In this document: positions 46,034 to 53,977 of the stretch, one piece after another | Position numbering within the stretch: position 1 is the stretch's first letter | How the letters are laid out: each line of letters starts with the position of its first letter | Assembly: GCA_041611735.1 (NCBI GenBank) | Contig: JBFIML010000015.1 | Coordinates: 1-64,000, forward strand | Direction of reading: 5' to 3' | Source: Myxococcota bacterium | GTDB taxonomy: Bacteria; Myxococcota_A; UBA9160; PR03 | DNA: 64,000 bases | Translations under genes and position numbers: made by a program | Notes under the pieces: generated by a model | The model's input: the letters and a program-made list of their open reading frames with translations, nothing else | What the model was told of the DNA's origin: nothing | Database searches by the model: none

Positions 46034-46606
46034 ATGGCGGTCCTGATCAAACGCTACGCCAACCGCAAGCTCTACAACACGCAGACCAGCCGCTACATCA
46101 CCCTCAAGGGCATCGGCGAACTGATCGAGGCCGGAGACGAGGTGCAGGTCGTCGACAACGAGACCGGCGAGGACATCACGTCGGTCACGTTGTCGCAGAT
46201 CCTGGTGGACACGGAGCGCTCGAACCGGTCCGTGCCCGGGCGGCTGCTCTCGGAGCTCCTGGGACGCGGCGGCGACGTGCTGTACAGCGCGCTCAAGCGC
46301 GGCGTGGGCGACGCCTCCGAGGGCATCGAGGAGCTCCAGCGCAACGTCCGGCGCATGCTCGGCGGGCGCGAGGCGGGCGGCCGGCGCGGCGACTGGATCG
46401 CCTTCGCCACCCCCGACCTGGATCGTCTGCTCCAGGGCGCCGTGGAGCGTGTTTTCCGCCTGCTCGACCTGCCGCGGCGCTCCGACGTGGTGGCTCTGAA
46501 CCGAAACTTGGAACGGGTGACCGCGGCCATCGAGGCCCTGGGAGCGAAGGCGGAGGAGCCGGTGGAGGAGCCCCTCGAGCCGGCCTCGAAGAGCGCCACG
46601 CCCTGA
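46034..46606 (+). CDS. PhaR-type PHA regulator DNA-binding domain fused to phasin-like C-terminus
   Basis: 'IKRYANRKLYNT..SRYITL', 'TGEDITS.TL.QI'; 'LDLPRRSDV'. Confidence 0.85.
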   Translation: MAVLIKRYANRKLYNTQTSRYITLKGIGELIEAGDEVQVVDNETGEDITSVTLSQILVDTERSNRSVPGRLLSELLGRGGDVLYSALKRGVGDASEGIEELQRNVRRMLGGREAGGRRGDWIAFATPDLDRLLQGAVERVFRLLDLPRRSDVVALNRNLERVTAAIEALGAKAEEPVEEPLEPASKSATP

Positions 46607-46619
46607 GCGACACAGGCCG

Positions 46620-47627
46620 CTAGCCCCACACCGAGGCGCGGGCCTCGAGCCCCGCGTCCACCATGGCTTGGATGCGCTGGCGCAGCTCCTCGGTCATCCG
46701 CCACACCAGCAGGTCGTCGTCGGCCGCCCGGGGCGGCAGCTCCGCCGTCGCCACCGCCTCACCGAAGCGGATCGACCACTTGGACGGCAGCGGGACCGCG
46801 CCGAGGGGCCCCAGGGCCGGGAAGGTGGGGGTCACCGGCAGGAAGGGCAGCCCGACGGCACGAGCCGCCGCCTCGATCCGGAACAGGACCGGGTGCACCT
46901 CCTCCGCTCCCACCACGGCCACCGGGACCACGGGCACCCGCATCTCGAGCGCCGTGCGGATCACGCCTCCGCGCCCGAAGCGCTGCACCCGGTAGCGCTC
47001 CCGAAAGACCTTGGTGGCACCCTTGGCTCCTTCCGGAAACGCCACCACGGAGCGGCCGGAACGCAGCAGGCGCTGGGCGTTCTCGCGGCAGGCCCGGACC
47101 CCTCCGAGGCGCGCGAGGGTCGGTTGCACGAAGGGAAGCGTCACGAGCCAGTCCGCCACCATGAAGCGCGGTCGTTCGGCACTCGCGCTTCGCCTCGCCA
47201 CGGTGTGGGCGATCATCATGCCGTCCCAGGGCAGCAATCCCGAACGGTTGGCCACGAACAGCCGCGGCCCGTCTCCCTCCAGCGCGTCGAGGCCGCTCAC
47301 TTCCACGCGCCACCAGCGCTCGAAAAGGAAGTCGAGGAGCGGACGGGCCCGCCGCAGCGACGCTTCGTCCAGTCCGAAGTCGTCCACTTCGCCCGATCGC
47401 TCGCTCATGCTTAGCACCTGGACCCAGCGGCGGGCGCGATCGTACAACTCGGCCCAATCGGGCGGGCGCGGCGCCAGCACCGGCGTCGGGCGACGCGCCT
47501 CGATCTCGCTGCGCAGGTCGTCGAGGGCCTCGCGCAGCACCCGCTCGGCGGAGGCCGAGGGGGCAGCGCCCTGGGCAGGCGTGGCGCCGGACGCAGCGGG
47601 CTCGGTCGGGGGCGGCTCGGGCACCAC
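46620..47627 (-). CDS. Lysophospholipid acyltransferase family protein
   Basis: 'DDFGLD', 'VANRSGLLPWD', 'FPEG', 'FGRGG'. Confidence 0.85.
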   Translation of the reverse strand: MVPEPPPTEPAASGATPAQGAAPSASAERVLREALDDLRSEIEARRPTPVLAPRPPDWAELYDRARRWVQVLSMSERSGEVDDFGLDEASLRRARPLLDFLFERWWRVEVSGLDALEGDGPRLFVANRSGLLPWDGMMIAHTVARRSASAERPRFMVADWLVTLPFVQPTLARLGGVRACRENAQRLLRSGRSVVAFPEGAKGATKVFRERYRVQRFGRGGVIRTALEMRVPVVPVAVVGAEEVHPVLFRIEAAARAVGLPFLPVTPTFPALGPLGAVPLPSKWSIRFGEAVATAELPPRAADDDLLVWRMTEELRQRIQAMVDAGLEARASVWG

Positions 47628-47633
47628 GGGTCC

Positions 47634-48596
47634 TCAGCGATAGCGCCGCATGCGGCGCGACGAGACGAAGGAGATCCAGGCCTCGCGGGTGGTGTAGTGC
47701 GGCTCTCCGAAGGCATGCCACCCCCGTTCGCCCTCGGCCACCCAGAGGTAGCGCAGGTAGTCGTAGAAACCCGCGGGCGGGTCTCCGGTCTGCGCGCGAG
47801 CCGGAAAGTCGCGCAGCCGGTAGAGCAGCGGGGCAGGCAGCCGCAGCATGCGCTTGCCCGCCAGACGCAGGATCGTGGAGAGCGGCAACACCCCGGGCGC
47901 CACCACGTTGTACACACCCGGTCGCTCCTGGAGCACGGCGGCCTCGAAGGCGTTCAAGCAGTCTTCTTCGTGGATGAACTGGAGCAACGGATCGTGGCCG
48001 ATCAGGGTGGGCACCACGGGCCGCGCGAAGAAGGCCACCACGGCGTTCCAGTAGCTCGGCCCCATGATCCAAGCGTGGCGCAGCACCGTGGTCTTCGTGT
48101 CCGGGTGCCGCACACGCCAGCGCTCGAGCAGGCTCTCCATCTGGATGCGGTTGCGCACGCAGTGGGCCTGGGGATGACCACGCAACGGGTGCGACTCGCT
48201 CAGGAAGTTCGGATTGTCGGGCCAGGGGCCATAGAGCATCGTGCTCGAAGCCACCACGAGACGCCGGACCTTGGCCGCGGCACAGGCGTTGAGCACGTGA
48301 AGGCTCCCGATCGTCTCGAGCTCGTGGTCGTACTCCACGTCGGGCGTGGGGTCGCGCCGGAAGGCGGCGTGCACCACCGCATCGACGCGCTCCCGCTCGA
48401 GCAGCTCCGCCAGGCGCGTGCTGGCGGAGGGATCGGTCAGGTCCACGCGGTGGAAGCGGACGCGGCCTTCCAGTCGGTAGGGCTTGCGCACGTCGAGACC
48501 CACCACCCGCGGCCGTGAGGCGTGAGCCGCCAGACGCTCGGCCAGGCGCTGACCCAGGAAGGTCCGCACCCCGGTGATCGCGATGGTCTCCGGCAC
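47634..48596 (-). CDS. NAD-dependent epimerase/dehydratase
   Basis: 'ITGVRTFLG', 'VVHAAF', 'SSTMLYG', 'GHDPLLQFIHEED'. Confidence 0.85.
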   Translation of the reverse strand: MPETIAITGVRTFLGQRLAERLAAHASRPRVVGLDVRKPYRLEGRVRFHRVDLTDPSASTRLAELLERERVDAVVHAAFRRDPTPDVEYDHELETIGSLHVLNACAAAKVRRLVVASSTMLYGPWPDNPNFLSESHPLRGHPQAHCVRNRIQMESLLERWRVRHPDTKTTVLRHAWIMGPSYWNAVVAFFARPVVPTLIGHDPLLQFIHEEDCLNAFEAAVLQERPGVYNVVAPGVLPLSTILRLAGKRMLRLPAPLLYRLRDFPARAQTGDPPAGFYDYLRYLWVAEGERGWHAFGEPHYTTREAWISFVSSRRMRRYR

Positions 48597-48674
48597 GCTC
48601 CCGAGCCCCTCCCTGGGTCGCCACGCCCGTCGGTCCCCAGCGACGGGCACCGCCCTCAGATACCATGCGGCGCC

Positions 48675-49733
48675 ATGGGCGTCACGCGCACGCTCGGGCT
48701 GGTGGAGGACCCCCGCTACGGCCAACACCGGGGCCCCCCGGGCCACCCGGAGCGGCCGGAGCGCCTGGCCGCCGTGGCTCACGCCCTCGCGACGCGCCGC
48801 GAGCCGATGGCGCGCATCGCCGCGCGACCTGCCAGCGATGCGGAGATCCTGACGGTCCACCCGGTCGAACACCTGCAGCGCCTGGAGGAGGCGGTGCGCC
48901 GCGCGCCCGTGCACCTCGACCCGGACACCTACGTCGGGAGCGCGAGCTTCCACGTGGCGCGCCTCGCAGCCGGCGGCGCCGTGGACGCGGCCGACGCGGT
49001 GGCCCGAGGACGGGTGCCCGTCGCCCTGGCGGCGGTGCGTCCGCCCGGTCACCACGCCGAGGCAGTGCGCGCCATGGGCTTCTGCCTGCTCAACAACGTG
49101 GCCATCGCGGCGCGCGCGCTGCAGCGCAGCCACGCTGTCGAGCGCATCCTCGTGGTGGACTGGGACGTCCACCACGGCAACGGAACCCAGCACGTCTTCG
49201 AGGAGGATCGCGACGTGCTCTACTTCTCCGCGCACCAGTATCCCTTCTATCCGGGTACGGGAGCGGCGAAGGAGGCCGGGCGCGGGCGCGGCCTCGGGGC
49301 CACGGTGAACGTGCCCTTGCCCGCAGGCTGCGGCGACCCGGAGTGGGTGGGGGTCCTGCGCCGCGTGCTCGTGCCCATAGCGCAACGCTTCCGCCCGCAG
49401 GTCGTGCTCGTCTCGTGCGGGTTCGACGCGCACGCCGAAGACCCGCTCGGCGCCATGCAGGTGAGCAACGCGGGCTTCCGCGAGATGGCGCACGTCGTGC
49501 GCGCGCTGGCGGACGAGCTGTGCGAAGGACGTCTCGCGCTGGTGCTCGAAGGAGGCTACGCGCCGGGCGGGCTGGCCGGGGGAACGAGTGCGGTGCTGGA
49601 TGCGCTGCTCGATCCCGAGCCGCCCGGGCTCGGGCCTGCACCGGACGCGCCGCCGGGCAGCGGCCTGGCCGCGGCCCTGGACCGGGTCGTGGAGGTCCAC
49701 GGCCAGCGCCATCCCGACCTGGGCGCCGCCTGA
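48675..49733 (+). CDS. Histone deacetylase family protein
   Basis: 'HPERPER', 'RPPGHHA', 'GFC', 'DWDVHHGNGT', 'LEGGY'. Confidence 0.93.
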   Translation: MGVTRTLGLVEDPRYGQHRGPPGHPERPERLAAVAHALATRREPMARIAARPASDAEILTVHPVEHLQRLEEAVRRAPVHLDPDTYVGSASFHVARLAAGGAVDAADAVARGRVPVALAAVRPPGHHAEAVRAMGFCLLNNVAIAARALQRSHAVERILVVDWDVHHGNGTQHVFEEDRDVLYFSAHQYPFYPGTGAAKEAGRGRGLGATVNVPLPAGCGDPEWVGVLRRVLVPIAQRFRPQVVLVSCGFDAHAEDPLGAMQVSNAGFREMAHVVRALADELCEGRLALVLEGGYAPGGLAGGTSAVLDALLDPEPPGLGPAPDAPPGSGLAAALDRVVEVHGQRHPDLGAA

Positions 49734-49880
49734 GCCGATCCTGCGCCGGGCTCGATCCTGGTGGCTCTCCTCCCCTGGCAGCTCAATATCTTGTGGCTCG
49801 CGGGGGGCTCGGCCTCGTCTCGCGGAAAAAATGTCCAGGGGCCCAACTTTTCGTTTGATTTTCTCGGCGCAGGTCGGTAA

Positions 49881-49920
49881 ATCGGGGATCCAGTGGGATG
49901 AAGTGGGATCAAGTGGTATC
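49881..49920 (+). promoter_or_regulatory. MraZ-binding tandem repeats
   Basis: Four 10-bp units: atcggggatc / cagtgggatg / aagtgggatc / aagtggtatc, directly upstream of mraZ. Confidence 0.75.
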
Positions 49921-49959
49921 AGGAACCCACATCAGCCCACGGATTCGGGGCGCTGGCCA

Positions 49960-50400
49960 ATGTTTCGAGGCCGATTCGTCCACACGATCGACTCGAAGGG
50001 CCGGGTAAGCATCCCCGCGGGGTTCAGGGTGGAGCTTCAGCGACGCAGCGACCGGGCACCGATCCTGACGAACTGGCTCGAGTGCCTGGCCCTCTACCCG
50101 TTCGAGGACTGGGTCGAGATCGAGGGGAGGCTCGGCCGGGGGGCGCCCCTGCAGCCCGAGGTGCAGGCCTTCCAGCGCTTCCTGGTCTCCGGGGCGGTGG
50201 AGTGCCCGATCGATGCCCAGGGGCGCATCCTGATCCCGCCCCACCTGCGCGAGCACGCCAAGCTCGAGCGGGAATCGACGATCGCGGGGGTGGGCCCGCA
50301 CATCGAGATCTGGGACAAGGCACGATTCGACGCGGATCTCGCGCGGACCCGGGCGCGGTTCGGCGAGATCTCCGCGCAGGTCGCGAAGCTGGGCTTGTAG
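49960..50400 (+). CDS. mraZ: Transcriptional repressor MraZ
   Basis: 'MFRG', two DxxxR motifs (DSKGR, DAQGR), 'EIW'. Confidence 0.95.
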   Translation: MFRGRFVHTIDSKGRVSIPAGFRVELQRRSDRAPILTNWLECLALYPFEDWVEIEGRLGRGAPLQPEVQAFQRFLVSGAVECPIDAQGRILIPPHLREHAKLERESTIAGVGPHIEIWDKARFDADLARTRARFGEISAQVAKLGL

Positions 50401-50420
50401 AGGCGTTTCCGTGGGGGGGA

Positions 50421-50548
50421 TGGAGGCGTGAGCGCCTCCGAATGAGAGGTTGGGGTGTCCCCGGAGCATCGCGGAGCAGCAGGCGGGGAGTGAAGGGGGG
50501 CACGAACCGCCGCTGCTCGAGCGGTGCTCCGGGGCAGCCCCGCATCTC
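50421..50548 (+). ncRNA. Candidate cis-regulatory RNA structure between mraZ and rsmH
   Basis: 7-bp hairpin followed by a ~105-nt rod with a 14-bp core helix. Confidence 0.45.
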
Positions 50549-50592
50549 CCGGCGTCGGCCCCAGACGGGCCGGCGCCGGGGGAACGGCGCCC

Positions 50593-51552
50593 GTGGCGGA
50601 GCCCTTCCGCCACCAGCCGGCGCTGCTCGCCGAGGCTCTCGAGCAGCTCGCCCTGCGTCGCGGCGCGCGAGTCGTGGACGGGACGGTGGGTGGCGGCGGA
50701 CATGCGGAGGCGATCCTCGAACGCACCTCTCCGGACGGGTGGCTGCTCGGCCTCGACGTGGACGGAGAGGCGCTCGAAGCGGCGGCACGTCGACTGGAAC
50801 GCTTCGGCAACCGCGTGCGGCTGGTGCGTGCCTCCTTCCGGGAGCTGGGGAGCCTCCAGCGGGAGCTCGCGCTGGCTGCGGTGGACGGCGTGCTCCTCGA
50901 CCTCGGTGTGTCCTCCCGTCAGCTGGACGCACCGGAGCGCGGCTTCCGCTTCTCCGGGGACACGGCGTCCGTGACGCCCCTCGACATGCGCATGGACGAT
51001 CGGCTCCCGCGCACCGCCGCCGACCTGCTGCGGACCGCCGCTCCTGCGGAGCTCGAGCGCTGGCTGCGGGAGTATGGGGAGCTGCCGCGCGCCGCCCGGA
51101 TGGCCCGCGCCCTGGTGGAGGCGCGCCGACGCGCCCCCCTGCGGACCGCGGCCGATCTGCTGCGCGTCGTGCAGGAGGCCGGCGTGGGCCGCGGCCGGCG
51201 CCATCATCCCGCCACGCTGGTCTTCCAGGCGCTGCGGATCGCCGTGAACGACGAGCTCGGCGCGCTGGACGCCGGCCTGGAGGCGGGCGTGAAGCTGCTG
51301 GCTCCGGGTGGGCGGCTGGCGGTGATCGCCTACCACTCCCTGGAGGATCGCCGGGTCAAGGAGTTCTTCCGCCGCGAGGCGCGCGGTTGCGTCTGCCCGC
51401 CGCGGCAGCCGGTCTGCACCTGCGGCCGGAGCCCGCGCCTGCGCGTACTCACCCGGCGGCCGATCACTCCGGACGCCGCGGAGCAACGCCAGAACCCGCG
51501 TTCCCGCTCGGCCCGCCTGCGCGCGGCGGAACGCCTCCCGGAGGCCGCTTGA
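50593..51552 (+). CDS. rsmH: 16S rRNA m4C1402 methyltransferase
   Basis: 'DGTVGGGGH', 'DLGVSS.QLD', 'FQALRIAVN', 'HSLEDR', 'NPRSRSARLR'. Confidence 0.95.
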   Translation: MAEPFRHQPALLAEALEQLALRRGARVVDGTVGGGGHAEAILERTSPDGWLLGLDVDGEALEAAARRLERFGNRVRLVRASFRELGSLQRELALAAVDGVLLDLGVSSRQLDAPERGFRFSGDTASVTPLDMRMDDRLPRTAADLLRTAAPAELERWLREYGELPRAARMARALVEARRRAPLRTAADLLRVVQEAGVGRGRRHHPATLVFQALRIAVNDELGALDAGLEAGVKLLAPGGRLAVIAYHSLEDRRVKEFFRREARGCVCPPRQPVCTCGRSPRLRVLTRRPITPDAAEQRQNPRSRSARLRAAERLPEAA

Positions 51553-51854
51553 GCCGTCGCGGCCGGGAGCGCACCCGACGCCTGCGCGCCGCCTGGCCCG
51601 GCGCCCTGGCCGGCGTCGTGGCCGCCGCCCTGGCCCTGGCAGCCCTGCGCATGGACGCGATCCACCTGCGCTACCGGCTGGGCGAGGCGCAGCGCGAGGA
51701 GCGGGCCCTGGCAGAGCGGGCCCGCGAGCTCACGGCCGAGGTGCGGGAGCTCCGGGACCCGCTCGCCCTGCGCCGCCGCGCCTCGGCGCTGGGCTTCGTC
51801 GCACCGGCCCGGATCATCGAGCTGCCGCCCCGCCTGTCCGGGGAGCAGCCGTGA
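51549..51854 (+). CDS. ftsL: Cell division protein FtsL
   Basis: Position in cluster, TM plus coiled coil, 'LGFVAP'. Confidence 0.75.
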   Translation: MSRRGRERTRRLRAAWPGALAGVVAAALALAALRMDAIHLRYRLGEAQREERALAERARELTAEVRELRDPLALRRRASALGFVAPARIIELPPRLSGEQP

Positions 51855-53977
51855 GGTCACCGGACCTGCGCCGCTCGCAGCTCCGCCTGCGCGTGATCCA
51901 GGTTCTGGGCCTGCTCGCCTTCCTGGCCCTGGCGGCCCGGGCCGCCCATCTCTCGCTGCTCGAGCCGCGCGCCGGGCAGCGCGCGGCCGCCCAGACGAGA
52001 ACCGAGCTGGCGCTGGCCGCCGAGCGGGGGCTCATCGTCGACCGGCACGGGGCGGAGCTCGCTCTCACCCTCGATGCGCCGTCGGTCTACGTGGTGCCCG
52101 CGGCCGTGCAGGACCCGGGAGCCACCGCGGCGGCCCTGGCGCCCGTGCTCGAGCTCCCGACCCGCTCCCTGCGCGAGCGCATCGCCGAGCCGCGCCCGTT
52201 CGCGTTCCTGGCGCGTTGGGTGGAGCCGGCCCGGGCCGAGCGGGTGCGCGCCGTGGGTCGGCCCGGGATCGGCGTGCTCCACGAACCGCGTCGCGTGTAT
52301 CCGCACCGGACCCTGGCAGGCTCGGTGCTCGGCTTCGCCAACATCGATGGCGAGGGGGTCCGCGGGGTGGAACGGCTCGAGGACGCCTGGCTGCGCGGCC
52401 GTCCGCGCAGCGTGCCGGTGGAGCGCGACGCCCACGGCCGCCTGCTGATGGGCCCCGGGCTGGATCCCCGGGAAGCAGCCGGCGGCGACGTGGCCCTCAC
52501 CCTCGATGCGACCTTCCAGGCCGAGGCGGAAGCCGCCCTGGCCGACGCGGTGGCGGCCACCGGCGCGCGCGGCGGCTTCGTGGTGAGCCTCGACCCGGCC
52601 CGGGGCGACGTGCTGGCCCTGGCGGAGCGGCCGGCCTTCGACCCGAACCGCTTCCGGAACATGCCCTATGCGCAGACCGGCTCGCGGGTCTTCCTCGACG
52701 CGCTCGAGCCGGGCTCCTCGCTCAAGCCCTTCGTGGTGGCCGGTGCCCTCGAGGCCGGGGTGATCGCGCCGCGGGACGTCTTCGACCTGGAGGGTGGCCG
52801 CATGCGGGTGCCGGGCAAGGCGATCCGCGACGAGCACCCCCACCCGGCGCTGGATGTGGCGTCGATCCTGCGAGTCTCGAGCAACGTGGGAGTCGTGAAG
52901 ATCGCACAGCGTCTCGGGCCCCAACGCCACTTCGAGGCATTGCGGCGCTTCGGTTTCGGGCACGAGACGGGCAGCGGATTCCCGGAGGAGTCCCCGGGCC
53001 TGCTGCGTCCGTGGCGGGACTGGAAGCCCCTGGATCACGCCACGATTGCCTTCGGTCAGGGGGTGAACGTGACCCCCATCCAGCTGGCTGCGGCAACCGC
53101 CACGCTGGCGAATGGAGGCTTGCGGGTCCGACCGCGCGTGGTGGCGGCGCGCCGCCGGCCGGGAGGCAGCTGGGAACCCGTCCCGGTGAAACCGGGACGC
53201 CGCGTGATCTCCGCCCGCACGGCGGCCCAGGTGCTGGCCATGCTCGAGGGGGTGGTGGGCCCGGACGGCACGGGCGGGCGCGCGGCGCTGGCCGGAGTGC
53301 GCGTGGCCGGCAAGACGGGCACCGCCCAGAAGCTCGACCGCGAGACGGGTACCTACGCGCCGAACCGCTACCTTGCCTGGTTTGCGGGAGTGGCGCCGTC
53401 TGACGCCCCCCGCATCGTCATGGTCGTGGGGCTCGACGAACCGAAGGGGACCTCGCACACGGGCGGCTCCGTGGCCGCCCCGCTGTTCGCCCGGGTGGCG
53501 GCCGGGCACCTGACCCGGCTGGGACTTCCCACGAAGCCGCACGCGCAAGCGATCCGTACGGCCGGGCCGGCTCCCGCCGCCGCGCCGCCGCGTGCCGTGG
53601 CCGCAGCGCCGCGGCCCCCGGAAGCGGCGCCGGAGAGGGTTGCCCCCGCCCGGGCGGCACCGGCGCAGGCCCCTCGCCCCCCGTCCGTGCGGGCCCCGCA
53701 TCCCGCCCGCCCCGCGGCCCGTCCGGCTCCCCCCGCGGTCTCCGCGGGGGGTCCCGTGCCGCGGGTGCTGGCCGAGCAGGGCGGGCGCATCCTGCTGCCC
53801 GACTTCCGGGGCATGACGGTCACCGAAGTGAGACGCCTCACCGCAGGCTCCCGGCTGGTGGTGGAGATCCAGGGGCGCGGCGAAGCCGTCGCCCAGGAGC
53901 CGGAGCCCGGTGCGATCCTGGCGGGCTCCCGGCCCCGGGTGCGGGTGCACTTCGCGCCCGCCGGGAGCGAGAGCTGA
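51851..53977 (+). CDS. ftsI: Class B PBP FtsI with C-terminal PASTA domain
   Basis: 'RGLIVDR', SxxK 'EPGSSLK', 'SSN', 'KTGT', 'LPDFRG...QEPEPG'. Confidence 0.92.
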   Translation: MRSPDLRRSQLRLRVIQVLGLLAFLALAARAAHLSLLEPRAGQRAAAQTRTELALAAERGLIVDRHGAELALTLDAPSVYVVPAAVQDPGATAAALAPVLELPTRSLRERIAEPRPFAFLARWVEPARAERVRAVGRPGIGVLHEPRRVYPHRTLAGSVLGFANIDGEGVRGVERLEDAWLRGRPRSVPVERDAHGRLLMGPGLDPREAAGGDVALTLDATFQAEAEAALADAVAATGARGGFVVSLDPARGDVLALAERPAFDPNRFRNMPYAQTGSRVFLDALEPGSSLKPFVVAGALEAGVIAPRDVFDLEGGRMRVPGKAIRDEHPHPALDVASILRVSSNVGVVKIAQRLGPQRHFEALRRFGFGHETGSGFPEESPGLLRPWRDWKPLDHATIAFGQGVNVTPIQLAAATATLANGGLRVRPRVVAARRRPGGSWEPVPVKPGRRVISARTAAQVLAMLEGVVGPDGTGGRAALAGVRVAGKTGTAQKLDRETGTYAPNRYLAWFAGVAPSDAPRIVMVVGLDEPKGTSHTGGSVAAPLFARVAAGHLTRLGLPTKPHAQAIRTAGPAPAAAPPRAVAAAPRPPEAAPERVAPARAAPAQAPRPPSVRAPHPARPAARPAPPAVSAGGPVPRVLAEQGGRILLPDFRGMTVTEVRRLTAGSRLVVEIQGRGEAVAQEPEPGAILAGSRPRVRVHFAPAGSES

